This document shows, piece after piece, positions 29,651 to 40,553 of a stretch of DNA of 64,000 nucleotides. Below the pieces are notes generated by a model. It saw only the letters and a list, made by a program, of their open reading frames with translations. It did no database searches and was not told the origin of the DNA. This stretch comes from Deltaproteobacteria bacterium (lineage in GTDB: Bacteria > Myxococcota_A > Polyangia > Polyangiales > Houyiibacteriaceae): NCBI GenBank assembly GCA_034670305.1, contig JAXMNT010000021.1:1-64000 (forward strand), given 5' to 3'. Every line of letters starts with the position of its first letter. Positions within the stretch are counted from its first letter, which is position 1. The translations under genes were made by a program, and so were the position numbers.

Positions 29651-30100
29651 TCAGATCCCGTTGCGCGCGAGCGGCGCGGTGTCGGACTCGGGTTCGCTCG
29701 AGACACCGACGCGCAGCATCACGCCCGGGAAACCGATGCGCTGCGCCATCGCGAAGAAGCCCCGGACGCGGCCGTACGAGACCCGACGGTCGGCGCGCAA
29801 CATCAGCTTGCGCATCGGGTCGCCCGCGTGGGCGTTGTCCAGTACCTGCACGAAGTTTTGGTCGTCGAGTGCGCGGTCCTCGAAGTAGAGCGCTCCGTCC
29901 TCGCGGATGGAGAGCATGAACGGTTCGGGACCGTCGGGGTCGGCTTCGGCGTGCTCCAGCACGGGCAGCTGGACCGACGCGCCCTTCTCGGTGTTCGGGA
30001 GGACGACCATGAAGATGATGAGCAGCACGAGCACCACGTCGACGAGCGGCGTGACGTTCATGCTCGGCTTGGCGCGCCCCTTGCTCGACCGGGTGGCCAT
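29651..30100 (-). CDS. exbD: ExbD/TolR family protein
   Basis: MNVTPLVDVVLVLLIIFMV; LRADRRVSYG. Confidence 0.92.
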   Translation of the reverse strand: MATRSSKGRAKPSMNVTPLVDVVLVLLIIFMVVLPNTEKGASVQLPVLEHAEADPDGPEPFMLSIREDGALYFEDRALDDQNFVQVLDNAHAGDPMRKLMLRADRRVSYGRVRGFFAMAQRIGFPGVMLRVGVSSEPESDTAPLARNGI

Positions 30101-30102
30101 GG

Positions 30103-30882
30103 CTACGCCACTGCCGCGCGGCGGGTGCCGACGCTGCTGACTTCTTCGGTTCGATCCTCCGTCAACGAGCGCTCCCCGGAGGTGCGCTCCACTTCCGGCT
30201 GCGTGTGAAGGAGCGCGTCCTCGTCTGCAGCGCTGAGTCGATCCACGAGTTCGCCGCCCGCGTTGGCGAGCGCGGCTTCGAAGAGCGCGATGCGGTTGGA
30301 GAGGGCGTTGTAGATGAGCACGACTGGAATCGCGACCACGAGACCCATGCCGGTCACGACCAAGGCTTCGCCGATCTCTCCGCCGATGGTGGCGATGCCG
30401 CCGCCGCCTTCTTCCGCGATCTTCTGGAACGTGAACAGAATCCCGAGCACCGTGCCGAGCAGCCCGACGAAGGGCGCGGTCGAGCCGGTCGATGCCAGCA
30501 CGTTCATGCCTCGGTTCAGGTCCGCGGAGATGCGCTCGGACTTGCGCTCGAGGGCGCGCTCGGTGAGGTGCACCGACTTGTCGATGCTCTTGCCCTCGGC
30601 GCGGCGGTCGAGGAACGTGCGCAGCCCTTCGTACACGCACGAGGAGAGGTGGTTGCGGCCGGCCTTGGATGCGGACTCGAGTGCGCCCGCGAAGTCCCCC
30701 GCGTCGAGTTTCGGATCGGTCTCGGCAGCGAAGGCAGCGGCTCGGCGCTTCGAGAGAAGGAGCAGAAGGCTCCGGTCCAGGATGACCGCGAGGCTGAGCA
30801 GCGCTTGGGTGGTGAGCACGCCCACCACGATCTGCACGGGGAGCGGCGCTTCGCGAATGATGTGGAGTAGGTCGAGTTGCAT
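30103..30882 (-). CDS. exbB: ExbB/TolQ/MotA proton channel
   Basis: GSTAPFVGLLGTVLGI; EALVVTGMGLVVAIP. Confidence 0.93.
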   Translation of the reverse strand: MQLDLLHIIREAPLPVQIVVGVLTTQALLSLAVILDRSLLLLLSKRRAAAFAAETDPKLDAGDFAGALESASKAGRNHLSSCVYEGLRTFLDRRAEGKSIDKSVHLTERALERKSERISADLNRGMNVLASTGSTAPFVGLLGTVLGILFTFQKIAEEGGGGIATIGGEIGEALVVTGMGLVVAIPVVLIYNALSNRIALFEAALANAGGELVDRLSAADEDALLHTQPEVERTSGERSLTEDRTEEVSSVGTRRAAVA

Positions 30883-30922
30883 CAGAGGCTCCAGAGGTGG
30901 CGGGATCGGTCGGAACGAGAAG

Positions 30923-31681
30923 TCATAGGTTGCGGGCGCGGAAGACGAAGGGCTGGCGCCATTGCCAGGTGATCGCGTCGCCGGTCGGCTCGCGGGCGGG
31001 CGTCCATTCCCGCCAATGCGCCCGCATGCAGTCGCGTACGACGCCTTGGAGAACCGGGTGGCCGCGCAGCAGGTCGAAACGCTGGAGCAGGCCCGCGGCG
31101 TCGACCTGTACATGGACGAGGACGACGCCGGCGATCCCCTGCTCCCGCACGGCGGCGGGCTCTTCGCACCGGAACCGAGGACGTCCGGCCCGAACCGACT
31201 CCGTCGTCACCCGAGGGGCGCGACGCTCGGCCCGCATGGTGGGCTCCGGCGGTGGGGGCGGCGGTTCTTCCGCGGTCGCAGCGGGTGCTGTGGCGGTGCC
31301 CGTACCGCCGGGCACGCCGCGGGTGTCGCCACTGGTGGGTCCGACCGGTCCGTCGTCGCGAAGCGGCTCTTGGCTCTGTTCGGGCTGCTCGTCGGGGATT
31401 TCGTCGGGCGGACGCAGGGTCGGTCGGACCGCTGCGGGCCGCATGGCTTGTACCGGCGCGACGATCGGCTCGGGTTCGGGCTCCGGCTCGGGCTCCGGCT
31501 CATCGGGCAGCGGGGCAAATTCGACTTCGACCTCGGGTTCAGGTGCCGGAGCCGGCGCGGGGCGCTCCAGCGCGCTGAACGCGTAGACTGTTCCGCCCAG
31601 GCAGAACGCCGAGACGAGACACGCGAGCCCGAAGAGCAGGTGTCTCGATCGCCGTGGTCGGCTCTGGAAGTCGCGGAACAT
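30923..31681 (-). CDS. tonB: TonB-family energy transducer
   Basis: N-terminal TM, (PE)n Pro-rich spacer, TonB-C-like QGIAGVVLVHVQVD. Confidence 0.8.
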   Translation of the reverse strand: MFRDFQSRPRRSRHLLFGLACLVSAFCLGGTVYAFSALERPAPAPAPEPEVEVEFAPLPDEPEPEPEPEPEPIVAPVQAMRPAAVRPTLRPPDEIPDEQPEQSQEPLRDDGPVGPTSGDTRGVPGGTGTATAPAATAEEPPPPPPEPTMRAERRAPRVTTESVRAGRPRFRCEEPAAVREQGIAGVVLVHVQVDAAGLLQRFDLLRGHPVLQGVVRDCMRAHWREWTPAREPTGDAITWQWRQPFVFRARNL

Positions 31682-31788
31682 GAACGCTGGCCCAGGAGGT
31701 AGGCGGCCCGGGTGACGTCCGCGTGTCACTCGGGTTCATTCTTCGCGTCACGCCGCGACGGGTGCTGTGTCCGTCTGCGCGGTGTGAC

Positions 31789-32961
31789 TCAGAACGACGC
31801 TTGGACGCGGACGCGGATCTGGTGATCGCGGCGGCTCGGTGCGCGGTGGTGCGCGTAGTAGAGGCCGACGCGCACATCGGGTGGGGTCCCGAAGTTGAGC
31901 CCCGCGGTCAACAGCACCTCGCGCGTGGTGGGCATGCCGGGCGCGCCCGGCTCCAGTCGAAGGTGCGATGCCCGCAGCGCGGGCTGCAGCCAGAACTCCA
32001 TCGGCAAATCGATCTGGTAGGCGAGCTCCACGGAAGTCCCGCGTGCTCGGTCGGTGACCGCCGCGGCTCCGTCGGGTGTGAGGTGTGCAAACCAGTGTTC
32101 GACTTGAAGCCACGCGCCGGCGACGAGCACGCTGAGATCCGCTTCCGCCACGTGGGTCCGTCGCGCTTGTGCCGGACCGAAGCCGGAGGCGAGCGCGGTG
32201 CTGCTCGAGAAGTCGCCGTTGTCGTCCACGGCGGTGTCGTGAGACGTCGCGTAGCTGGCCCCGAGCTCGAGTCGATCGAACGCATCGATCCAGTGCGCGA
32301 GGTCGACGGTCAGCCGCGCGGTGTAGAGGAGGTCGCCGGGTTCCACGTCGTCGCGGCCCGCGCCGGCGCCGAGGATGCCGGCGCCGCCGAGCACCGCGAA
32401 CTGGTACCGAATGGGAAAGTCGCTCGGCGCGTGAAGCTTGACGCCCACATCGCGCAGCGCGCGCTTGAGAAACTGGCCGACAAAGTACGGCCGGTCCCAG
32501 AACACCAGATCGCCGTAGGGCGTGATCGTCGTCGCGCCGACCGGGATGCGGAACTGCCCGGCGGTGACCTGGAGGGGAAACGGCGCCCGCCACGAGAGCG
32601 TGAGATCGAGCACCGGCAAGGTCGGCGCTTCGAGGCCGAGTTGAATGTAGGCTTCGACGTTTCGCCCGAGGTCGGCCCGCAGGCTGAGCCGCGCGGTCCG
32701 GATCCCGAAGGGCGTGGTCGACGCCACCGCGTCGGGGACCCGGCCCCACGCGCTGGTCGTAGCCCAGAGGTTGAGCAACCCGCCGAACACCAAACGGTCG
32801 GTCCACGGCGGCTCCGACACCGCGTCCACCGCGGTCTCAGCCGTCGCCACCTCGCCCGGCGGGGTGTCCACGGTGGGCTCGTCTTGCGCGGCCGCGGGGC
32901 GGGTCAGGAACGAGAGGACGACAACAAAGATGCAGACGAAGGCAGGGGTTGAGCCAACCAT
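31789..32961 (-). CDS. Outer-membrane porin (OprO/OprP-like)
   Basis: Signal peptide; FGIRTARLSL, VTAGQFRIPVG, RDVG; terminal Phe. Confidence 0.75.
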   Translation of the reverse strand: MVGSTPAFVCIFVVVLSFLTRPAAAQDEPTVDTPPGEVATAETAVDAVSEPPWTDRLVFGGLLNLWATTSAWGRVPDAVASTTPFGIRTARLSLRADLGRNVEAYIQLGLEAPTLPVLDLTLSWRAPFPLQVTAGQFRIPVGATTITPYGDLVFWDRPYFVGQFLKRALRDVGVKLHAPSDFPIRYQFAVLGGAGILGAGAGRDDVEPGDLLYTARLTVDLAHWIDAFDRLELGASYATSHDTAVDDNGDFSSSTALASGFGPAQARRTHVAEADLSVLVAGAWLQVEHWFAHLTPDGAAAVTDRARGTSVELAYQIDLPMEFWLQPALRASHLRLEPGAPGMPTTREVLLTAGLNFGTPPDVRVGLYYAHHRAPSRRDHQIRVRVQASF

Positions 32962-33017
32962 GCGTCTTACACACCACGTTCTCCCCGACCCCGCAAACGC
33001 CCCGCGGAGTTCGTGGG

Positions 33018-34181
33018 TCAATCGATGAGGACCCAGCGGAGGCCGGGGCCGACGTCGAGCCGTTCGATCGAGGTCAGGGTGCCATCGGCTTCGATGCGGT
33101 AGCTCTGCAAGGCGCCGCTGTCTTGGCCGGCCGCGACCACGAACCGACCATCCGGGCTGAGATCCATCTCGCGCGGGCGGGCTTCGGTGGACACCGTGCC
33201 GAGGGATGCGAGGCTGCCGTCCGGCTCGACGCGGAACATCGCGATCGAGTCGTGGCCGCGGTTGGTGCCGTAGACGAACTGGCCATCCGGTGTGATGTGT
33301 ACGTCGGCGCACGTGTTGCTGTCGCCGTCGACGCCGCCCGGCAACGTACTGGCACGGCCGATCAACGAAAGCGCTCCGTCGCCTTCGATCCGGTAGGCCC
33401 CGATTCGGTCGGCGTACTCCTCGATGAGGTACGCGAGCTCGCCGTTCGGGTGGAATGCGATGTGCCGCGGTCCGGTGCCGCCGGCGCCCACGGTCCGTGC
33501 GCCCGCGGTCAGGGCGCCCTCGCCGTCGAGCGACCACTGCTGGACGGACTCGCCGTTGCGGTGCGGCACGTAGAACTGGGTGTCCGAGTAGCGCGTGGCG
33601 GCGTGGGGTTCGACGTCGGTGTCGGCGGTGTCGGTTTGCGCGTGCGGCGGTGCGCCACCGACGTCGTGCACCCGGAGCCGGTTGTCGCCGAAGTAGGCAC
33701 TCACGAGATGATCGCCCAAGACCTCCAGGTACACCGGGTTGCCGGTGTCCGGCGTGAGGCCGACGAGTGAAGGCACGCCCATGCCGTCCAGCGACACGGT
33801 GCCGATGCTGTTCCCGAGCCCGACGTAGATCCGGTTCTGCGCGCGTGCGTGGACCATGGCGCCAGGCCGGTTCGGCAGCACGAGGTCGAACTCCGTACGC
33901 GCGGACATCGATCCATCCGCGCCCAGATCGACGACCGCCAACCGTTCTTCTCCCCCGACGCTCACGATCATGCGCCGCACCCGCGCGGGTTCTCCGGCGT
34001 CGGGTGTGCCGACGTCCGAGGGGGCATCCAGCAACGAGGCGTCGACCGAGTCGCCACCGTCTGGGTTCGCGTCGAGGGGGGCCGGTGCGTCGCGTGTGGC
34101 GGCATCCACCGCTCCGTCGTCGTCTCCGCATCCGGTGATCGACGCCCAAGCGAGGACGCAGCACGCGACGCGCAGACTCAT
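33018..34181 (-). CDS. Lactonase (6-phosphogluconolactonase-like) 7-bladed propeller lipoprotein
   Basis: GTGPRHIAFHPNG, ADVHITPDGQFVYGTNRGHDSI, PREMDLSPDG. Confidence 0.9.
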   Translation of the reverse strand: MSLRVACCVLAWASITGCGDDDGAVDAATRDAPAPLDANPDGGDSVDASLLDAPSDVGTPDAGEPARVRRMIVSVGGEERLAVVDLGADGSMSARTEFDLVLPNRPGAMVHARAQNRIYVGLGNSIGTVSLDGMGVPSLVGLTPDTGNPVYLEVLGDHLVSAYFGDNRLRVHDVGGAPPHAQTDTADTDVEPHAATRYSDTQFYVPHRNGESVQQWSLDGEGALTAGARTVGAGGTGPRHIAFHPNGELAYLIEEYADRIGAYRIEGDGALSLIGRASTLPGGVDGDSNTCADVHITPDGQFVYGTNRGHDSIAMFRVEPDGSLASLGTVSTEARPREMDLSPDGRFVVAAGQDSGALQSYRIEADGTLTSIERLDVGPGLRWVLID

Positions 34182-35101
34182 GGCGTCGTCTCGATCTCTT
34201 CTTCGGCCGGCGCCGCGGGGGCCGCCGGTCCGGAGCCCTGGTTGCCGTCGTTCGTGGACGGGCGGACGAACCGAAGCGTCATGCGGTCGCTCTCGCCGAT
34301 GTCGGTGCGCTCCTGTTCGGTCATGCCTTCGCCCCGCATGACAGGCGGCAACGACCACACACCCTCGGGGTGAAGGTGGGTGTCGCGCGGGTTCGCGTTG
34401 ATCTCCGATCGTGCGTCGAGCACCAGGCCCGCGGCTTCGGCGAGTTCGATCACGTAGGACTCGGAGACGTAGCCGCTCTCTCCGGTGCGGGCTTCGGGAT
34501 GGTCTTCGTGCGCGCGGTGCTGCACCACGCCAAACACGCCGCCCGGCTTGAGCACCCGCGCCACCGCGGAGAAGTAGTCCGCGACGTTGTGGCCTTCGGA
34601 GCGGATGAAGTTGTGGATGCTGCGGAAGGTCAAGACCATGTCGACCGAACCGTCCGGCACGTCGGCGAGCATGTTGCCGGGGTGCAGGATCTTGAGCTCG
34701 ATCTGGTCGTAGAGTTCGGGGTGGCTCGCCACCATCGCGCGGAAGTTGCGCTCGTACTGGCCGCGGCGTTCGTCTGTGGGATCGATGCCGCCGCTGATGA
34801 GCGTGCCGTGGTCGCGAAGCGTCGGCGCGAGCACGCGCGTGTACCAGCCGCCGCCGGGCCAGACTTCGACCACTGTCATGTCCGGTCGCAGGCCGAAGAA
34901 CTCGAGGGTCTCCTTCGGGTGACGGGAGGAGTCGCGGCCACGGTCGTCGGCACGCCAAGCGCCGGCGAGTGCCGCGTCGAGGTCTCCGGTGACGACGTTT
35001 TCGAACCGGGCTTCGGGTTCGGCGTGTTCGACGGGCGGGGTCTGGCCGCCGCACGCGAAGGCCAGGACAAGCAGGAGGGTGGGAACAGAAGAAGTGCGCA
35101 T
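34178..35101 (-). CDS. Class I SAM-dependent methyltransferase lipoprotein
   Basis: RHPKETLEFFG, VVEVWPGGGWYT, LKPGG, IGESDRMTLRF. Confidence 0.9.
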   Translation of the reverse strand: MRTSSVPTLLLVLAFACGGQTPPVEHAEPEARFENVVTGDLDAALAGAWRADDRGRDSSRHPKETLEFFGLRPDMTVVEVWPGGGWYTRVLAPTLRDHGTLISGGIDPTDERRGQYERNFRAMVASHPELYDQIELKILHPGNMLADVPDGSVDMVLTFRSIHNFIRSEGHNVADYFSAVARVLKPGGVFGVVQHRAHEDHPEARTGESGYVSESYVIELAEAAGLVLDARSEINANPRDTHLHPEGVWSLPPVMRGEGMTEQERTDIGESDRMTLRFVRPSTNDGNQGSGPAAPAAPAEEEIETTP

Positions 35102-35276
35102 GCGGGCGAGCATAGTGCCATCGCGGCCGACGTCACCCCCCACGAGCGCGAGTCGATGCGACGCGTTCGGGCGTGATCGATCTGGAGCCGATCGGGTAGT
35201 CTCCGGCGCATCGGAACGCGGCCGGACGAACGTTCTGGCCCGAACCAACACGCGCACGCGCGACAAGGGGTGTGGA

Positions 35277-37286
35277 ATGAAGTTGCAGTGGAAGCAGACG
35301 GGACCGGCACGCGAAGCATCGGTCGAGGTACCGCCGAAGGCGCCGTGGATCGGCGACTACGTGATCGCCTACGACGAGGTTCGCGAGCGCACGCTCTACG
35401 TCTATTCCCCGCAGTTCCACCAGTTCGGTTCCGCGTGGCTCTTCGACGGTCACGGCTGGACCGACCTCGGCTTCGAGCCGATTCGGACCGAGAGCCCGGA
35501 CCAGCGGTGGATGGGGTTCTGGGATCCGTCGCGCAAGGCGGTCGTCGGGTGGAACATCTGCAAGGACAACGAGTACAACCCGATCCCGCTGGGCGTGGCG
35601 TTGACCGAATCCGGCCCCGAGATCGTCCCGACCACCGGGGACGGCCCGGTACGCTCCGACGACGCGGACGAAGCGGGTGCGCTCTTCTGTTACGACCGGG
35701 CCCGCAACGTCACCGTGTGCATGACCCACCTCGGGATCTGGGAGCTCGACGCCCGCGGCGCGTGGTCGAAAGTGCGCGACGAAGCGGACATCCCGAAATC
35801 GCGCTGGACCGAAGAATGCCACTCCGCCGCGTGGGACGCGACGCGCAACGAGTGCGTCTTCGTGTTCGCGGCAGAGGACGAGAACGAAGACGACCGCTTG
35901 TTCGCGTTCTCATGGAACGGGGAAGCGCTCACCCTGTGCCCGAACGAGGGACTGCCCGACGGAGTCATCACCGGCTGGATGAACACGGGACCGCTCGCTT
36001 GCAATCACCCGGAGCACGGGATCGTGTTGCATCTTGGCGCGCCGCGGGGCTTTCTGGTCCGCACCGATTCGGGCTGGAGCGAACTCGCGGTGAAAAAGCC
36101 CGCGCCCGCCGGTCAAAAGTGCCGGATGGGGTACGACGCCAACGCGGATGTGTTCGTGCTCGGGCCGGGCGACCTCGAGGCCAGGCCGGGCGCGTACCCT
36201 CAAGAGCAGGTCGTGTTCCACGTCTTCGACGACGGGGTCTGGACCAAACTGGGGGTCACCGCGGCCAAGAGCCCGGTCGGAGAACTCTGGGCCAAGCGGT
36301 TCGGAGCGTTCGTCCAAGTCGGTCCGGAGCGCCGCAGCGTGTGGCGGGCCATGGGCAACTTCTACCTGACGTTGCTCGAGTTCGACCCGGCCCAGGGATG
36401 GAAAGACCTCGTCGACAAGACCACGTTCAAGGAACTCTGGGACGGCGGCCACAGCGACAACGGCTCCACGGTACAGATGGGGATCGTCGCGGACGAGCAG
36501 GGTGTGATGCGCGCGTTCGCCAACGAAGGGGACGTGTACGTCTTCGACGAAGAGAAGTGCGTGTGGTCGCGCGAGAGCGAGAAGAACGAACTGCTCAAGC
36601 GGCGGCTGTGGGCGCGGCTCTGCTGGGACTTCTCCGAGAAGCGGGTCGTGCTCTGGGGCGGCGAGATCAAGGGTCGCAAGAACAACCACGTGCTGATCTA
36701 CGAGGATGGCGCCTGGCGTCAGTGCAAGAAGAGCTCACCGAAACCGAAAGGGTTCGCGCGCAAGAAACGCGAGCGCAGCGTCGAGTACCAACTTCTCTAC
36801 GACCACGGCCTCGGCGCGGTGGTGCGCTTCGGCTACGAGGAGGTGGCGGTGCTCCAAGGCGAGATCCTGGAGCCGTCCGAACCGGAGGGCTACGGCGCCC
36901 TCAACGACGACGCGCACCGGGTCGTGATGTCGGACCCCGCGACTGGACAGACGTTGGTGTTCAACTGGCAGACCGGTGTCGTCTTCCGCTTCGACCTCGG
37001 CGGATGCGAACAACTGGCGACGATCGAGTTGCCGGACGATCTGATCCTTCCGAAGCACGTCGACAAGGCCTACTCGATGCGGACCTTGTGCGACGACGTG
37101 GCGTTCGACCCCGCGACCCGCACGCTCTGGTGCCAGAACCCAGAGGACGCCTGGGGCACCTACCGCGTCGACCTCGGCCCCGTGTTCGAGGCCGCCGCGA
37201 AGAAGGGCGAGCGCACCCAGCCGCCCCCGGCGGAGGTGAAGAAGAAGAAGAAGGCCGCGAAGAAGAAGAAGGCCGCAAAGAAGTAA
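35277..37286 (+). CDS. Hypothetical Kelch/beta-propeller-like protein with Lys-rich tail
   Basis: Recurrent [AY/W]D..R..V and W.xDG..W motifs; [16 protein letters not shown]-terminus. Confidence 0.8.
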   Translation: MKLQWKQTGPAREASVEVPPKAPWIGDYVIAYDEVRERTLYVYSPQFHQFGSAWLFDGHGWTDLGFEPIRTESPDQRWMGFWDPSRKAVVGWNICKDNEYNPIPLGVALTESGPEIVPTTGDGPVRSDDADEAGALFCYDRARNVTVCMTHLGIWELDARGAWSKVRDEADIPKSRWTEECHSAAWDATRNECVFVFAAEDENEDDRLFAFSWNGEALTLCPNEGLPDGVITGWMNTGPLACNHPEHGIVLHLGAPRGFLVRTDSGWSELAVKKPAPAGQKCRMGYDANADVFVLGPGDLEARPGAYPQEQVVFHVFDDGVWTKLGVTAAKSPVGELWAKRFGAFVQVGPERRSVWRAMGNFYLTLLEFDPAQGWKDLVDKTTFKELWDGGHSDNGSTVQMGIVADEQGVMRAFANEGDVYVFDEEKCVWSRESEKNELLKRRLWARLCWDFSEKRVVLWGGEIKGRKNNHVLIYEDGAWRQCKKSSPKPKGFARKKRERSVEYQLLYDHGLGAVVRFGYEEVAVLQGEILEPSEPEGYGALNDDAHRVVMSDPATGQTLVFNWQTGVVFRFDLGGCEQLATIELPDDLILPKHVDKAYSMRTLCDDVAFDPATRTLWCQNPEDAWGTYRVDLGPVFEAAAKKGERTQPPPAEVKKKKKAAKKKKAAKK

Positions 37287-37294
37287 AGCCGCAG

Positions 37295-37620
37295 CCCCTT
37301 GCCCCTGCCCTTGCCCCTGCCCTTGCCCTCGGTTCGGGGCCCGGGGTTCGGGCTCGGCTTCGGGGTCGGCTTCGGCGTCGGCTTCGGCTTCGGCGTCGGC
37401 TTCGGCTTCGGCGTCGGCTTCGGCTTCGGCTTCGGCGTCGGGTTCGGCTTCGGCTTCGGGCTTCGGGCTCGGCGTCGGCTTCGGGGTCGACTTCGGCTTC
37501 GGGCTCGGCGTCGGCGTCGGGTTCGGCTTCGGCTTCGGCTTCGGGTTCGGGTTCGGCTTCGGGCCTGCACCCAAGGGCAAGGGCAAGGGCAAGGGCAAGG
37601 GCAAGGGCGCTCCAAAGGCC
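37295..37620. repeat. Composite repeat: (CCCTTG)n - (GGCTTC/GGCGTC)n - TGCAC - (CAAGGG)n
   Basis: Inverted hexamer arms around a microsatellite core; inverted relative of 40315-40535. Confidence 0.92.
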
Positions 37621-37638
37621 CCGGCTTCGCCTGTGCCT

Positions 37639-38565
37639 TTAGAGCGGGAGCTGGATCGAGCTTCGCGACAGGTTGATGCGGATCTCCAGTCGGCCGGCTT
37701 CGCCCGAGTCGGGATCGGTGAGGGACATGTCGACCTCCATCTCCATTTCGGACGACTGCACGATCGGGTGCTGGCTCAGGTCGAGCGGAAGGTACGCGAC
37801 GCGTGCCACGACCACGTCGCCGCGGGTGACGGTGGCGCCTTCGGGGGTGTCCGGGAACTGGATGCCCTGCGCGACGATCTGGGCGGTGACTTCGAGCGCG
37901 GGCACCGGCTCTTCGACCCGGCTGGCGACGTGCATCTCGCCTTCGAGTCGGGTCGGATCGATCTGCAGACGGCGGCGCTCCAGCTGACGCGCGGCGGCGG
38001 TCGCGTCGATGGGCCAGCGCGCGCCGATCGCCTGCGGCTCCGGGTTGCCGAAGACCGCGTCGTGATCGTCAGCCGGTCCGTCTGGGATCACGAGGCTGAG
38101 CATCTTGAGTTCGACCGGTCCGATCTCCACGCCGTCGGCCCGCGTGATCGTGCCTTCGTCGCCCCGGGTGACGTTCAGGATCGTGCCCGCCGGCACGAGC
38201 TCGAGATCGGCGGTGCCGTTGTTCGCGATGGCCTGCGTGACCTCGTACCGGAGCGCGGCCTGTCGGCCGTGTGCATCGAGCGCGGTGACCTCCACGTTGG
38301 CTTCGATCTTCACGCGGATGTCGCGTCCGCGTTCGTCGGTGTCTTCGCCCATGAAGACGTTCTGCGACTCGACCTCGTGCGCTTCGGTGGTCTCTGCCCA
38401 GCGCCGGCCCACCGCCTCGGGTCGGTCGATCTGGATCGGGTACGTGGCGGCGGGGTCGACGGTGTCGGCGACGACCGTGGTGCCCTCACCGTTCGTGGAT
38501 GCGGTGGAACCACCGCATGCGAAGAGGAGGGCTGCGATGAGACCGAAGACGCTCGAACGATTCAT
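37639..38565 (-). CDS. Hypothetical lipoprotein
   Basis: Lipobox LFAC; TAGAGT 7 nt upstream. Confidence 0.8.
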   Translation of the reverse strand: MNRSSVFGLIAALLFACGGSTASTNGEGTTVVADTVDPAATYPIQIDRPEAVGRRWAETTEAHEVESQNVFMGEDTDERGRDIRVKIEANVEVTALDAHGRQAALRYEVTQAIANNGTADLELVPAGTILNVTRGDEGTITRADGVEIGPVELKMLSLVIPDGPADDHDAVFGNPEPQAIGARWPIDATAAARQLERRRLQIDPTRLEGEMHVASRVEEPVPALEVTAQIVAQGIQFPDTPEGATVTRGDVVVARVAYLPLDLSQHPIVQSSEMEMEVDMSLTDPDSGEAGRLEIRINLSRSSIQLPL

Positions 38566-38735
38566 GCGGCGGACTCTACCCAAGAACCGAACCGAGTTCG
38601 AACAGACTCCCGGGGTTGGAAACCTGACGACGGGCGCGTGCACCTCGCGAAGCGAGCCAGGTCGGTTTCGGGGTCGGCTCGTGCTCGGGTTCGTGCCTTG
38701 AGGGCAAGGGCAGGGGCAAGGGCAAGGGCTGGCCG

Positions 38736-40256
38736 TCAGGCGAGTTCGCCGGGCGGGATGCTGCCGCGGATTTCGACTTCGGCGTCGGCGTCGACCGTCT
38801 TGCGCTCGAGGCTGCTCGCGTCGTCCACGATCTCGAGCGCGCGGGTGGCGCGCGCGTCCCGTTCGGTGAGTGAGTCGTTGTCGACGACTTGCACGGTGTG
38901 CAGTCGGTGCAGGTACTCGAGGTCCAGCTCGCCGGTGCTCGGCAACATGAACACCCCGTAGAGGCGCGCGATGTTCCGGAGCCGCTCGATCGTGTCGACG
39001 GGCACGTGGCATTGCGCGTGCGTCAGGATGTAGAGGATCGGCGTGCGGCGTTCGCGGCGCTGCAGCCGCTGCAGTTCGTTCGCGAGCATGCCGAACACCT
39101 TTGCGTAGTTTCGACCGCGCTCGCCCTTGAAACAGAGCACGTAGGGCACGCTGATGCCGCCGGTGTCGCTGCGTCCGTGGCGCGCGTGCTGCACTTCGTA
39201 GAGGCGCGCGTCGAAGAACCGGAAGTACACGTCTTCGCCTTGCAGCAGCAGCTTCTTCACGAGCGTGAGCGCCAGGCCGCGCGCGAAGACCGAACGTTGT
39301 CCGCGCATCGAAGCGGACGCGTCCACCATGATGTAGTGCAGGCGCCGGTCCTCTTCCGCCTGCTTCTCGCGGGCGTAGTAGAAGACCTCGTTCTCGGCGA
39401 ACCGTCGGTCGAAGAGCTCCGGGTCGAACGCGAGTTCACTCAGGACGAGCGAGTCGAGCGTGCCGCGTCGTTCGACGCCCGAGTAGCCATCCACGCTGAA
39501 GGTCTGCTGTCCGCTGGCGCGTTTGGTCTCGAGCACGCTCGGCAAGAGATCGAGCGAGAAGTTCACGACGTCGTTTGCTTCGGGCGAATGAAAGACGTTG
39601 AGCAGATCGAGCATCTGCAGCGCGCCGGCGGCGCTCGCTTCTTCGCCGAACATGCCGAGCAGCCGCAACGTGTCGAGATCGATCTGTTCGATCGCGGTGA
39701 TGAGTCGGAGCCGTTCTTTGGCCACGTGCTGGAGAAAGCCGATGTCGGCGCGCCGGTCGTGTCCGGTGAAGAGCGCGGGCAGCTGTGGTTCGAGATCCGA
39801 GTAGATCTCCGGGTCCATCGGAAGGAGCGTGACCGGCCCACCCAGACTGTGGTGTCCGCGAAACCGCTCGTAGAGCGGGCCCATGACCTTGAGCAACACG
39901 ACGCTGATGAGCTCGTCGCTGAGCCGCCACTGCCGCGCCTTCTCGAGCACCTCGCTGTGACCGATCTCGAGCAGCGTCTCCGTGTAGATGCGGAGCGCTT
40001 CGCCGGCCGGACCGGGCAGGTTCAACTGCTGGAGGATCGGCCGCGGGCCGAGCGGGGTGCTGGCCGGATCGACGACCATCAACATGCCGACGTCGTGCAC
40101 CGCCCAGAACGGAACGGTGAGCCCCACCTTCATGAGCGAGTTGCGCCAATGCGCTGCCCGCAGGGTCACCATGGGGTTGTCGGTTCGGACGACGCTGAGC
40201 GCGAGCGAGCCGATCTCGCGTTGCTGCGCAGTCGAGGTGTGCGGGCCTACCGGCAA
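38736..40256 (-). CDS. vWA (MIDAS) domain protein
   Basis: IMVDASASMRG DxSxS motif; TTG start with TAGGTT 6 nt upstream. Confidence 0.85.
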   Translation of the reverse strand: MPVGPHTSTAQQREIGSLALSVVRTDNPMVTLRAAHWRNSLMKVGLTVPFWAVHDVGMLMVVDPASTPLGPRPILQQLNLPGPAGEALRIYTETLLEIGHSEVLEKARQWRLSDELISVVLLKVMGPLYERFRGHHSLGGPVTLLPMDPEIYSDLEPQLPALFTGHDRRADIGFLQHVAKERLRLITAIEQIDLDTLRLLGMFGEEASAAGALQMLDLLNVFHSPEANDVVNFSLDLLPSVLETKRASGQQTFSVDGYSGVERRGTLDSLVLSELAFDPELFDRRFAENEVFYYAREKQAEEDRRLHYIMVDASASMRGQRSVFARGLALTLVKKLLLQGEDVYFRFFDARLYEVQHARHGRSDTGGISVPYVLCFKGERGRNYAKVFGMLANELQRLQRRERRTPILYILTHAQCHVPVDTIERLRNIARLYGVFMLPSTGELDLEYLHRLHTVQVVDNDSLTERDARATRALEIVDDASSLERKTVDADAEVEIRGSIPPGELA

Positions 40257-40314
40257 GGGGTGAACCTATACCGCATCCGTCGGCTCCGTGTCCCCCTTGC
40301 CCGCGTTCCTTCAG

Positions 40315-40535
40315 GCCTTGCCTTCAGGCCTTGCCCTTGCCCTTGCCGTTGCCCTTGCCCTTGAGTGCAGGCCCGACGCCGAAGCCGATGCCGAAGCCGA
40401 AGCCGATGCCGAAGCCGATGCCCGACGCCGAACCCGACGCCGACGCCGAACCCCGAACCCCGAACCCCGAACCCCAACCCCAACCCCAACCCCAACCCAG
40501 GGCAAGGGCACGGGCACGGGCACGGGCAAGGGGTA
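40315..40535. repeat. Composite repeat: (CCCTTG)n-TGCAGGCCC-(GCCGAA/GCCGAT)n-(CCCGAA/CCCCAA)n-(GGGCAC/GGGCAA)n
   Basis: Same architecture and TGCAGGCCC junction as 37295-37620, opposite orientation. Confidence 0.92.
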
Positions 40536-40553
40536 GAGCGCCTTGCTGGCGCT

